Assembly: GCF_009914755.1 (NCBI RefSeq)
Contig: NC_060929.1
Source: the human T2T-CHM13v2.0 reference genome, Homo sapiens
Length of the DNA stretch: 64,000 bases
Direction: 5' to 3' (one strand)
Part shown: in pieces, positions 46,151 to 59,000 of the stretch
Layout of the letters: the number at the start of each line of letters is the position of its first letter
Numbering within the stretch: the first letter of the stretch is position 1
Made by a program: the position numbers and the translations under genes
Notes under the pieces: generated by a model
Seen by the model: the letters and a program-made list of their open reading frames with translations, nothing else
What the model was told of the DNA's origin: nothing
The model's database searches: none

Positions 46151-47989
46151 GGAAGACATTGATGTGTGGAAGCACTTATAAGCATCAGTCAGAGGTTAAA
46201 GATTTATAGGCAATAACAAGAGGGACAGAGTTTGATGATTTTTTTAAATATTGCATCTAAATATTATTTATCTTGATTACTGAGTTTGTTGATGCACCCT
46301 TAAATTTTGTGTGCAACATAAGTGCCTTCCTCATCTCACCTACTCCTAGCCCTGGTTACTCTTCCCTGACACTTGGTAAGTGCTCAAGGGCAGTTAATTG
46401 TTATTTATGGGGCAGCTTAAAGATAAAAATGTATATATTAATAATGTTTTTACAAAAAAAATTAGTGGTGTTTGTTTTCCAATTGGTCTGATGAGAAAAT
46501 ACATTTACAGATCCCTTTCCTGGTGTTTCTGGGTCATTACTTTGCACTGTGGTTTATGAACAGGTCAGAATGTGATTTTTTTTAAAAACTAGCCTGAGTT
46601 GTGACACAGCCTGACCCAGAAAGATGTATGACTTGTAATAATGGAAGCAGCCTAAATTCACGTGGAAGAGGTCTGGCCACATCATGAATCTCCATCTGGA
46701 TCCTTGTGTTAGACACAGAACAAACTCAGCATGGTCCTTTTTGTTTCTTAGCCCCACTTGACTCATTAGGGCTGACTGCTTACCCTGTCTACTGAACTGG
46801 GGCTGACAAGAACATTTCTCACTTTATATGACATTTCAGTCACCCACAACAGACATCCCTTCTGAATATGAGGAACATCATGAAAAACATCACAAAAAAT
46901 GTTTTGATATGTTCCCCCTGGACTTCTATGGCCCCTTTCTTTCAGGGAGTGTAGATCACTTTCTAGTATGTGTATAGCATTCCTGTGCACCAGGCAAGAA
47001 GAGACATGATTTCTTCTTCCTGGTAAGTGCAAATGCTGCATAAAGCAGACTCACACCTCCTCACATTGCTGCAGAATGATGTTGTTCAAGCTATTTTCTG
47101 AGGCCATGATTCTTGGCCTTCTTTTCACAAAACTCCCAAGTTCATCTTCCTTTCCTCACCAGTGCTTTTACCTCAAGGATTCAAGTATTTAGAGTTCATT
47201 TAGAGTTAGTAAAAAGGACCAAATGCTTTTAACTGGGAATCCCATTTCTAAGCCTCATATTAATTCCACAGTTGGTAGAACTCTTCCCCACAGTCATGCA
47301 TTAAAGGGAATCTTTATGTGATTATCATGGCACCACCATGGTCATTACTGTGGCTATTGGTCAAGAAAGTAGAAAAGGGAAAGTGCAGAGGTATTGGACG
47401 TTGGATGGGGCCAGGGTCCTGATGCAGTGAGCATCTTTGGGGAGAGTCAGACAACCATGTCCACATGAACAACCCAGAACAGGTCACTGGAGCTGGTGAA
47501 CTGGCCCTGAACTCCTGTGAAGAGAGAAGGGACTCTTGCAGAATTCTGGCCCTGGCCTGGGAGTCAGGAAACCAGAAGTTTCACCTAAGATGTTCCCCTA
47601 ACAAGCAGGGTGACTTTGAGGAACTCACAAAACTGGATCTTGGATGCCTAATCCAGATTATAAGGAATTTAGGCTAGACCAGTTGTTTTCTACATGGGTC
47701 CCTCTAACAAGCAGAAGTGCCTTCAGGCCACTGTGGGAATAGGCATAGGGACCCAAGCTCATGGGGCCCAGGAGCTGCCATGTTTGTGACAGAGCAGTTT
47801 CCCTTTCATCTGCTTCCTATACTGGGATATGACTTAAGATTTTGTCTAAAAAAAGAGTTCTGCTGTTGGTAATAAAGCAAAGTAAAACAAAATAAAAAAG
47901 GAAGGAATGAATGGTCTCAAATCTGCCTTTCATTGTCACTAGTCAATGATTAAATGAAAAGAAAACAATATGGTTTGTAAATTTACCTC

Positions 47990-48540
47990 TGTCAATACCC
48001 TTCAGCCAAAGCCCATCAGGAACACTCCATCATTGAAACTGGGTTTATTATTCATTGCAGCAAGGAAGAGTGTTCTCCAGGAGGAACCACAAAGAGGGTA
48101 TTAGAAGGAGCCTATCATATGACTGGGGCTTTGATTTGATTAGATCATTGGCAGGGAGAAGGTCTAAGGAAGTGGGAGCTTGGTTTAGATTGGATGCTGC
48201 CAGAATGTGGGGAGAATCCTATTATTTGGTATATTAATATTTTCCATGGGGAGGGCAGACTAGAGCAAGGATAAAACTGTAATTGATAAAGAAACAGCGG
48301 TCACTCATTTTAGCTGAGAGAGGGAGATGTTTGGTATTTTATGGGTTGCACATGGCCTTGCTTTGTCTCACTTCATCATGGTCTCAGAGTGACCTTGCTT
48401 GGTCCTGGTTGCTCTGTGAGATTGTTTATGTAAGCAGGAGAACAGGGCCCAGCTATGAGCTCCAGGCCAGCTTGCAACAGCACTGAGGTCCAGCTAGGAG
48501 TATAAGGCTCCCAGATGGCAGAGACTGCTTTTCATTTCTT
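47990..48540. mobile_element. Old ERV solo LTR (family unresolved)
   Basis: Starts TG; GGGTTTATTATTCATTGCAGCAAGGAAGAG resembles a reversed LTR poly(A) region; ~550 bp. Confidence 0.4.
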
Positions 48541-49369
48541 TATTTTTTACTTCCCTAAAACAATGCATTTTAACTTGGGGCAGAACGTTATATCAGCACC
48601 TCTTCACCTGAGAGTCCCTCGATACAATTAGATGCTTCTCTGAGCAACCTGCACAAGATACTCTGTGAAACATTTATGTGAAAAATCATCCTCAAAGTGT
48701 CTTCTGCACCAGACACTTTTCTCTTTTCTTACCAACTCCAACTCTCCCTCACCCAGAGATAGCTGATGTGATGCTGAGTTCTGCCCGCTTTGTGCCTCCA
48801 ATCCTCCAATCCCAGAATTTGGAAATTCTGGGAGATGCCAAACAAATATGAACAAAGAACAAAAGGGGAAAAAAATAAAAATGAGATGGAAAAATATACG
48901 GAATTTTTCATAAATGTTGCTCATTACACCAACAAGCCAATCAGAGCAAATACTGCCTGATTCTTTTCATTAGTTAGTGACAGGTCAGTGGCCATATTAG
49001 CATCAAGGTAGAATTCCTTGTATAGAGAAAATTTGGAGGGTATGTGTGTCCTCTTGAAGGAAGATGGAGATGAAAAGAAAAATGTTTAATAAACAGTTTA
49101 TTTTTGGGGGGGTGAAATAGAGAAGGGGATATGAAAGTAAATTGTATTTGAGCTTCTGGTACATAGATATAGAAAATTGGTGAATATCAATTAAAAGCCA
49201 CTGTCACATACATACATAGACAAACATACATGTTTGAGTTTTTTTTTTTTAACACTATATATGATTCCCTTACAGGAAAAGGGTTACTTAGTGGACTAAG
49301 TGATGAGAGGAGAAGGAAATATCCAATGAGAACATTTGGCTTTCCTCATTTTTGAGCAGGTCTACATTA

Positions 49370-49535
49370 TTTATTGCTTCTAGACTGCAAATCTGCACAG
49401 CATATTACTGTACTGAATACTGTAGGAAATTATAACATGATGGTAAGTCAAAATATGGTATTATAACCTTATAGTACCACCCTTCATATATGTGATCCTT
49501 CATCAACTGAAACATCGTTATATGGCACATGACTG
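49370..49535 (+). mobile_element. Tigger3 (Golem) 3' fragment
   Basis: CAGCATATTACTGTACTGAATACTGTAGG...GAAACATCGTTATATGGCACATGACTG. Confidence 0.8.
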
Positions 49536-49559
49536 TTTATAATACAATCAAAGAAATGT

Positions 49560-49840
49560 AAACTGACAAGGCATTTGGCAATATTAAATAATTATTGTTA
49601 ATTTTTTTAGATGTGACAATGATATTGCAGGTATTTTTTAAAAGAGTCTTAATCCTTTAGAAATACAAAATGGAATCTCTATAGATGAGATAGCATCTGG
49701 GATTTGCTTCAGAATAATTGCTCTGTGGGGAGGGAATAGATGAAATAAGATTGGCTGGGTGTTGATAATTGCTGAAGCTGGTGATGGGAATGCTGGATTC
49801 ATAACAACATTCTCCCTACTTTTAGATATACTTGAAATTT
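49560..49840 (+). mobile_element. L1ME 3' UTR fragment
   Basis: TCTGGGATTTGCTTCAGAATAAT...GAAATAAGATTGGC...TTGATAATTGCTGAAGCTGGTGATGGG. Confidence 0.7.
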
Positions 49841-49842
49841 AG

Positions 49843-50150
<308 letters not shown>

Positions 50151-50725
50151 TTAAAATAAACATACACACTCTTTTACACAATAATTTCACTTTTGAGAAA
50201 TGATACAAATTATAGACAAATTTTCCTTTTAAAATTATTTGTAATAGAAAGAAACTACGTGTATCTATTTAGATTATAGTAATTCCTTTCATTATAATAT
50301 GTAGCCTTTGATTATGTCAAGGAGCAATTTTTAAAGACACGAAAATGTGCTTTATTCTTTGTTAACTAAAATATATATCAAGATTATAATATCTCATATA
50401 AGTGAAATATATATTACATAAAAGACTGGATTTATTTCTAAATAAGGCCATGATTATTATTAAAGGGCATGTATAATTATGGCTAAGATTGCAGGTTCCA
50501 GAGTGAATTGGAGCCTCAGCCCAGCCACACAACACCTATGATCTCAGACAAATTACTTTGTCTCCATTTTCTAAACTCCCCAGTGGGGATAAGGATGGTA
50601 CTTACAAAGTATCTACCTAGTAAGTGCTTAATAAGTCTTGGCTATTATTACCATTCCCAGTATCAAGCATATAATAAATGATGACTATTGGTTGCCTGAA
50701 ATTTGATTATTTGTATGGATCGTAC

Positions 50726-51255
50726 TGTCAACTTGAAATAAAAATACATAAAAAGGATTTATTTAGGAATAAACAAAGAAATAGGATTACAATTTCGGAC
50801 AGATACAGAGACCAGTGTGGTCTCTGGTATGTCCAGAAAACAAAGGAAAGTTAGAGTTTTACTAGGGAGAGAGGAGGGTATACAAGTTGTTTTGAAAGAA
50901 AGCTCGTTGGTGTTGGCATCATCTAACAAGAGCTGGCAAATTCTGATTGACAAGTGTCAGCAGTTGCTAGGTCGGACTTGTAATCTTGGAGTTATGTTTA
51001 AGCCCTTGTAGTTTTGAACTGGGCTTGTGAGACAGTTTTTGAAACAAGCAGGTGTTCTTGTATAAGTGGCTAGCCGTCCTTGTGCTGCTAACTTGCCTTG
51101 AGTGACTCACGTAGTAAGCTGCAGTTTGAAAACATTTCTTGTGATAGTTCCCATTATCAGGAAAATTGTGCATGAGAGCCCTCCATGGCCTTCCCCAGCT
51201 CCATTTGCTAGGGTTTGACACAAGGGACTCCATTTTTGTTATGACAACTTTCACA
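50726..51255 (-). mobile_element. MER34-family (ERV1) solo LTR
   Basis: Minus strand starts TGTGAAAGTTGTCATAACAAAAATGGAGTCCCTTGTGTCAAACCCTAGCAAATGGAGC. Confidence 0.75.
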
Positions 51256-51258
51256 CCA

Positions 51259-51692
51259 CAGTTGACCCTTGAACAACATGGGGGCTAAGGGGCTAACCCT
51301 CTGCGCAATAGAAAATCCATGTATAACTTTTAACTCACCAATAACTTAACTAATAGCCTACTGTTGACCAAAGCCTGACCAGTAACACAACCAGTCAGTT
51401 AACCACATATTTTGTACTTTATATATATTATATACTGCATTCTTGACAATAAACTAGAGAAAAGAAAATGTTATTGAGACAATCACACAGAAAAGAAAAT
51501 CTATGTCCTATTCATTAAGTAGAAGTGGATCATCCTGAAGGGCTTCATCCTTGTTGTCTTCACCTTGAGTCAGCTGAGCAGGAACAGGAGGGAGAAGAGG
51601 GGCTGGTCTTGCTGTCTCATGGGTAACAGAGGTAGAAGAAAATTCTCATCTAAGTGGATGCGCACTGTTCAAACTCATGTCAAGGGTATTTA
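51259..51692. mobile_element. Tigger2a (MER28) MITE
   Basis: TIR CAGTTGACCCTTGAACAACATGGG...TTCAAACTCATGTCAAGGGT; ~430 bp. Confidence 0.85.
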
Positions 51693-52808
51693 TAATTTTC
51701 CAAAGGGCTGTTGCCACCTTATTGCATTTTATTCTAATAATAACAGTCAGATGATAACTGTTCACAAAATGAAGATGAAAACTTAGCTACAGAGAAGTCG
51801 GCCAGACTTTCCTGCGTGACCTTGGTAGTCTGCTGGTGATTCAGAATCTCCCTACCTCAGCCTCCTGGCTTCACTCAGCCAAGACTCCTTATCCACCAAC
51901 AATAAACAGCACCATGTGGCTGGCTGTTCACCACTGTCCATCAGGCCCAGACATTGTTTTTAATCCCTCTACTCTAACAGAAAATGGTTCCAAATTCCAG
52001 GACTGAAGCGATAAGAGCTCCCCTGCTAAGCACTCAGAAGCCAGATGCCATTTAATGTGCCTGGGGCCGCCGATAACTGATAGCACTCCACTACTCCAGC
52101 TAAATTTAATTTCTCCTGCCTCTGCTCGGCTTGTCTGGGCACCTTTAGAAGGGTGTTGTCCTGACAGCTGTCTTGATTCTGATGAGCTTTGTCTGCACCT
52201 GATTAGCATTCTATTTCTATGCAAATAAGCACTTGCCTTTGTGGCTCCTGGATTAATGGACACTGTGAATTGGAGCCCTGGTCTTCAGAATCCAGAGAGC
52301 TGTGGAATAAAAGGGGTGGATGGGACTTTACAGAATCAGAAGCCAAATGTCTTCATTTTAAAGATGAGGAAAGTGGGGCTGAGAGTGACCTAGTGGGTTT
52401 CCCAGGTGCATATCACTAGTGAGTGCAGTCAGTCCCAAAATTTGGATTATCATAGCCCATATTTTTATCTCTATGCTATAAGCCCCAGTTCAAATGAAAA
52501 AAAAGTTACAGATTTCTGATTACTATCAATTATTCAGTGTGTGTGTGTTTGTGAGAGAGAGAGAGAGAGAAAGGGAGAGGGAGAGGAAGGGAGAGAGATG
52601 CAAAAACAGAGGTAGGAGTGCATTTCTCCAAAGTGTAGGACTCACTCCTTTAAAGGGAGTGCTCAGTTAATAAATTCTAAAAAAAACTTCTATTTTTTAA
52701 ATAAAAGTTATATTTAGTAAATGTATATGTTTAAATTATTGACCATTTTATTTGCTGAACAGTTTCATTAAGCTGATACTAAGAGTACAAACACATACTA
52801 TGAAATGA

Positions 52809-53130
<322 letters not shown>

Positions 53131-53317
53131 CCTAAATATTTTAATATAAAAGGAGAGAGAAGGTTGTGGGGAGAAGCTATAAGTCAAAGGGAAAGATAAA
53201 AGAGGGGCACATCATTTGAAGATGAAACAGAAGGGAACCACGATTGCTTCATAAAAAAGTAAATTATTATAACTGACTTCCACCTCCCATAAATAATGGC
53301 AAATCAGCCACAGTCCT

Positions 53318-53729
53318 TGTCAGGCCTCTGAGCCCAAGCTAAGCCATCATATCCCCTGTGACCTGCACGTACACATCCAGATGGCCGGTTCTTGCCTTAA
53401 CTGATGACATTCCACCACAAAAGAAGTGAAAATGGCCTGTTCCTGCCTTAACTGATGACATTGTCTTGTGAAATTACTTCTCCTGGCTCATCCTGGCTCA
53501 AAAGCTCCCCTACTGAGCACCTTGTAACCCCCACTCTGCCTGCCAGAGAACAACCCCCTTTGACTGTAATTTTCCTTTACCTACTCAAATCCTATCAAAC
53601 GGCCCCACCCCTATCGCCCTTCGCTGACTCTCTTTTCGGACTCAGCCCACCTGCACCCAGGTGAAATAAACAGCTTTATTGCTCACACAAAGCCTGTTTG
53701 GTGGTCTCTTCACACGGACGCGAGTGAAA
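53318..53729 (+). promoter_or_regulatory. 5' LTR7 (LTR7up-like)
   Basis: TGTCAGGCCTCTGAGCCCAAGC...GTGAAA; ACAAAAGA SOX motif 53417-53424; GGCCCCACCC KLF/SP box 53601-53610; TATA box mutated to TATCAAA (53593). Confidence 0.95.
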
Positions 53730-53731
53730 TT

Positions 53732-53749
53732 TGGTGCCATGACTCGGAT
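53732..53749 (+). other. Primer binding site for tRNA-His
   Basis: TGGTGCCATGACTCGGAT versus tRNA-His 3' complement TGGTGCCGTGACTCGGAT (1 mismatch). Confidence 0.93.
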
Positions 53750-54339
53750 CGGGGGACCTCCCTTGGGAGATCAATACCCTGTCCTCCTGCTCTTTGCTCC
53801 CTGAGAAAGATCCACCTATGACCTCAGGTCCTCAGACCAACCAGCCCAAGGAACATCTCACCAATTTTAAATCGGGTAAGCGACCTCTTTTTACTCTCTT
53901 CTCCAGCCTCCCTCACTATCCCTCAACCTCTTTCTCCTTTCAATCTTGGTGCCACACTTCAATCTCTCCCTTCTCTAATTTCAATTCCTTTCATTTTCCG
54001 GTAGAGACAAAGGAGACACGTTTTATCCGTGGACCCAAAACTCTGGCGCCAGTCACGGACTAGGGAAGGCAGCCTTCCTTTGGTGTTTAATCACTGCAGG
54101 GACACCTGATTATTAACCCAGGTTTCAGAGGTGTGAGACCATGCAGGGACGCCTGCCTTGGTCCTTCACCCTTAGCAGCAAATCCCGCTTTTCTGGGGGA
54201 GGTGCAAGTTCCCCAACCCCTTTTCTCCGTGTCTCTACCCCTTCTCTGCTTTTCTGGGGCAGGGGCAAGAAACCCCCAACCCCTTCTCCTTCACCCTTAG
54301 CGGCAAGTCCTGCTTTTCTAGGGGAGGGACAAGTACCCC

Positions 54340-54520
54340 AACCTCGTATCTCTGTGCCCCAACCTCTTATATCTCTGTGCCCTGATCCCTTATTTCCACA
54401 CCCCAACCTCTTATATCTCTGCGCCCCAATCCCTTATTTCCACGCCCCAACCTCTTATATCTCTGCGCCTTGATCCCTTATTTCCATGCCCTGACCTTGT
54501 ATCTCTGTGCCCCGACCCCT
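54340..54520 (+). repeat. HERV-H internal tandem repeat
   Basis: Repeated CCCCAACCTCTTATATCTCTG(T/C)GCC and ATCCCTTATTTCCA units. Confidence 0.85.
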
Positions 54521-55509
54521 TTCCCACTTTTCTGGAGGGTAAGAACCCCCGAACCACTTCCCTCCGTGTCTCTACTCTCCCTTTTCTTTAAACTTGCCTC
54601 CTTCACTATAGGCAACCTTCCACCCTCCATTCCTCCTTCTTCTCCCTTAGCCTGTGTTCTCAAAAACTTAAAACCTCTTCAACTCACACCTGACCTAAAA
54701 CCTAAATGTCTTATTTTCTTCTGCAATTCCTCTTGACCCCAATACAAACTGGACAGTAGTTCCAAACAGCCAGAAAACGGCACTTTCAATTTTTCCATCC
54801 TGCAAGATCTAAATAATTCTTGTCATAAAATGGGCAAACAGTCTGAGGTGCCTGACGTCTAGGCATTCTTTTACACATCAGTCCCTCCCTAGTCTCTGTG
54901 CCCAGTGCAACTCGTCCCAAATCTTCCTTCTTTCCCTCCCGCCTGTCCCCAGTCCCAACCCCAAGCGTCACTGAGTCTTTCTAATCTTCCTTTTCTACAG
55001 ACCCATCTGACCTCTCCCCTCCTCCCCAGGCTGCTCCTCACCAGGCCGAGCTAGGTCCCAATTCTTCCTCAGCCTCTGCTCCTCCACGCTATAATCTTTT
55101 TATCACCTCCCCTCCTCACACCCGGTCCGGTTTACAGTTTCATTCCGTGAGTAGCCCTCCCCCACCTGCCCAGCAATTTCCTCTTAAAAAGGTGGCTGAA
55201 GCTAAAGGCATAGTCAAGGTTAATGCTCCTTTTTCTTTATCAGATCTCTCCCAAATCAGTGAGCATTTAGGCTCTTTCATCAAATATGAAAAACCCAGTC
55301 CAGTTCATGGCTCGTTCGGCAGCAACCCTGAGATGCTTTACAGCCCTAGACCCTAAAAGGTCAAAAGGCCGTCTTATTCTCAATATACATTTTATTACCC
55401 AATCTGCTCCCGACATTAAATAAAACTCCAAAAATTAAATTCTGGCCTTCAAACCCCAGAACAGGATTTAATTAACCTTGCCTTCAAGGAGTAAAATAAT
55501 AGAAAAAAG

Positions 55510-55821
55510 TTGCAATTCCTTGCCTCCACTGTGAGACAAACCCCAGCCACATCTCTAGCACACAAGAACTTCCAAACGCCTGAACCTCAGCGGCCAGGCA
55601 TTCCTCCAGAACCTCCTCCCCCAGAAGCTTGCTACAAGTGTCAGAAATCTGGCCACCAGGCTAAGGAATGCCCGCAGCCCAGGATTCCTCCTAAGCTGCA
55701 TCCCATCTGTGTGGGACGCCACTGGAAATTGGACTGTCCAACTCACCTGGCAGCCACTCCCAGAGCCCCTGGAACTCTGGCCCAAGGCTCTCTGACTCCT
55801 TCCCAGATCTTCTTGGCTTAG
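55510..55821 (+). pseudogene. HERV-H gag nucleocapsid remnant
   Basis: CYKCQKSGHQAKEC CCHC knuckle; second knuckle degenerate (HPICVGRHWKLDC). Confidence 0.9.
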
Positions 55822-55889
55822 CAGCTGAAGACTGATGCTGCCCAATCACCTCGGAAGCCCCCCAGACCATCACGGACGCCGAGCTTCCG

Positions 55890-57730
55890 GTAACTCTCAC
55901 AGTGGAAGGTAAGTCCGTCCCCTTAGTCAATACGGAGGCTACCCACTCCACATTACCTTCTTTTCAAGGGCCTGTTTCTGTTGCCTCCATAACTGTTGTG
56001 GGAATTGACAGACAGGCTTCAAAACCCCTGAAAACTCCCCCACTCTGGTGCCAACTTGGACAACACTCTTTTATGCACCCTTTTTTAGTTATTCCCACCT
56101 GCCCAGTTCCCTTATTAGGCTGAGATATTTTAACCAAATTATCTGCTTCCCTGACTATTCCTGGACTACAGCCGCATCTCATCGCCGCCCTTCTCCCCAT
56201 CCCAAAGCCTCCTTCGCGTCTTCCTCTCATATCCCCCACCTTAACCCACAAGTATGGGACATCTCTACTCCTTCCCTGGCAACCGATCACATACCCGTTA
56301 TTCTGTTCTGGAACTCAAACATGCTGTCTTTACTATTCCTTTGCATCCGTCATCCCAGCCTCTCTTCGCTTTCACTTGGCCTGACCCTGACACCCATCAA
56401 GCTCAGCAAATTACCTGGGCTGTACTGACGCAAGGCTTCACAGACAGCGCCCATTACTTCAGTCAAGCCCAAATTTCATCCTCATCTGTTACCTATCTCG
56501 GCATAATTCTCATAAAAACACACGTGCTTTCCCTGCTGATCGTGTCCGATTAATCTCCCAAACCTCAATCCCTTACAAAACAACAACTCCTTTCCTTCCT
56601 AGGCATGGTTTAGTGCAGTCAGAATTCTTACGCAAGAGCCAGGACCGCACCTTGTAGCCTTTCTGTGCAAACAACTTGACCTTACTGTTTTAGCCTAGCC
56701 ATCACGTCTGCATGCAGCAGCTGCCGCTGCTTTAATACTGTTAGAGTCCCTAAAAATCACAAACTATGCTCAACTCACTCTCTACATTTCTCATAACTTC
56801 CAAAATCTATTTTCTTCCTCATACCTGATGCATATACTTTCTGTTCCCCGGCTCCTTCAGCTGTACTCACTCTTTGTTAAGTCCCACAATTACCATTGTT
56901 CCTGGCCCGGACTTCAATCCAGCCTCCCACGTTATTCCTGATACCACACCTGACCCCCATGACTGTATCTCTCTGATCCACCTGACATTCACCCCATTTC
57001 CCCATATTTCCTTCTTTCCTATTCCTCACCCTGATCACACTTGATTTATTGATGGCGGTTCCACCAGGCCTAATCGCCACACACCAGTAAAGGCAGGTTA
57101 TGCTACAGTACAAGCCACTAGCCCGCCTCTTAGAACCTCTCATTTCCTTTCCATCATGGAAATCTATCCTCAAGGAAATAACTTCTCAGTGTTCCATCTG
57201 CTATTCTACTACTCCTCCAGGATTATTCAGGCCCCCTCCTTTCCCTACACATCAAGCTCAAGGATTTGCCCCCACCCAGGACTGGCAAATTAGCTTTACT
57301 CAACATGCCCCGAGTCAGATAACTAAAATACCTCTTAGTCTAGGTAGACACTTTCACTGGATAGGTACAGGCCTTTCCTACAGGGTCTGAGAAGGCCACC
57401 GCAGTCATTTCTTCCCTTCTGTCAGACATAATTTCTCAGTTTAGCCTTCCCACCTCTGTACAGTCTGATAACAGACCAGCCTTTATTAGTCAAATCAGCC
57501 GAGCAGTTTTTCAGGCTCTTAGTATTCAGTGAAACCTTTATATCCCTTGTGGTCCTCCGTCTTCAGGAAAAGTAGAACGGACTAAAGGTCTTTTAAAAAC
57601 ACACCTCACCAAGCTCAGCCACCAACTTAAAAAGGACTGGACAATACTTTTACCACTTTCCCTTCTCAGAAGTCAGACCTGTCCTCAGAATGCTACAGGG
57701 TACAGCCCATTTGAGCTCCTATATAGATGC
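55890..57730 (+). pseudogene. HERV-H pro/pol remnants (protease, RT, RNaseH, integrase), deleted and disrupted
   Basis: EGKSVPLVNTEATHS (dead DTGA site), FTIPLHPSSQPLFAFTW...WAVLTQGF (RT, no YxDD after it), QDWQI and VDTFTG (integrase). Confidence 0.9.
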
Positions 57731-58351
57731 TCCTTTTTATTAGGCCCCAGTCTCACTCCAGACACCAGACTAACTTAGACTGTGCCCCAACAAAACTTGT
57801 CATCCCTACTATCTTCTGTCTAGTCATACTCCTATTCACCGTTCTCAACTACTCATACATGCCCTGCTCTTGTTTACACTGCCAGTTTAAACTGTTTCTC
57901 CAAGCCATCACAGCTGATATCTCCCGGTGCTATCCCCAAACTGCCACTCTTAACTCTTGAAGTAAATAAATAATCTTTGCTGACAGGACTATGCTGAATT
58001 TCCTTAGGCACTCTAATTAGATGTCCTAGGTCCTCCCAATTCTTAGACCTTTAATACCTGTTTTTCTCCTTCTCTTATTCCATTTAGTTTTTCAATTCAT
58101 ACAAAACTGTATCCAGGCCATCACCAATAATTCTAAATGACAAATGTTTCTTCTAACAGTCCCACAATATCACCCCTTTCCACAAAATCTTCCTTCAGCA
58201 TAATCTCTCCCACTCTAGGTTCCCACACCGCCCCTAATCCCGCTCGAAGCAGCCCTGAGAAACATTGCCCATTATCTCTCCATACCACCCCCCAAAATTT
58301 TCACCGTCCCAACACTTTACCACTATTTCACTTTATTTTTCTTATTAATAT

Positions 58352-58364
58352 AAGAAGACAGGAA
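58352..58364 (+). other. Polypurine tract
   Basis: AAGAAGACAGGAA immediately 5' of the 3' LTR. Confidence 0.9.
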
Positions 58365-58777
58365 TGTCAGGCCTCTGAGCCCAAGCTAAGCCATCATATC
58401 CCCTGTGACCTGCACGTACACATCCAGATGGCCGGTTCCTGCCTTAACTGACAACATTCCACCACAAAAGAAGTGAAAATGGCCTGTTCCTGCCTTAACT
58501 GATGACATTGTCTTGTGAAATTCTTTCTCCTGGCTCATCCTGGCTCAAAAGCTCCCCTACTGAGCACCTTGTGACCCCCACTCTGCCCGCCAGAGAACAA
58601 CCCCCCTTTGACTGCAATTTTCCTTTACCTACCCAAATCCTATAAAACAGCCCCACCCCTATCTCCCTTCGCTGACTCTCTTTTCGGACTCAGCCCACCT
58701 GCACCCAGGTGAAATAAACAGCTTTATTGCTCACACAAAGCCTGTTTGGTGGTCTCTTCACATGGATGCGAGTGAAA
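58365..58777 (+). promoter_or_regulatory. 3' LTR7 (LTR7up-like)
   Basis: ACAAAAGA 58464-58471; intact TATAAAA 58641-58647; AATAAA; ~15 differences from the 5' LTR by manual alignment. Confidence 0.95.
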
Positions 58778-58896
58778 GTCCTCACCTCCATCTACCAGAG
58801 TAGGACTAGAAAATGCCCAGGGTCAAAACAGGGCACAGAGAGGACAAAAATGCCCATGCTCTCCTAGACAGAAGGAGATTGAGGAGCTCTGCTGCT

Positions 58897-59000
58897 GCAA
58901 GGATCCTAATGCCACCCAACACTGAGGGACACGCAAATCATAATGCCACTCAACACTGAGGGACACGCAAGGATCCTAATGCTACCCAACACAGGGACAA
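58897..59000. repeat. ~35-bp minisatellite, 3 copies
   Basis: GCAAGGATCCTAATGCCACCCAACACTGAGGGACAC / GCAAATCATAATGCCACTCAACACTGAGGGACAC / GCAAGGATCCTAATGCTACCCAACACAGGGACAA. Confidence 0.92.

Larger units (their letters stand above)
53318..58777 (+). mobile_element. HERV-H provirus (common internally deleted ~5.5 kb form), LTR7-int-LTR7
   Basis: Two ~412-bp LTRs, His PBS, gag/pro/pol remnants, PPT; 5-bp TSD GTCCT at 53313-53317 and 58778-58782. Confidence 0.98.

Noticed and set aside
55510-58350. Functional HERV-H Gag/Pol/Env proteins
   Set aside because: Protease site reads NTEA, the RT YxDD region is deleted, integrase has stops, and env is essentially absent
58897-59000. CRISPR-like array of ~36-bp repeats
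   Set aside because: Head-to-tail units with no unique spacers, no cas genes, and primate DNA
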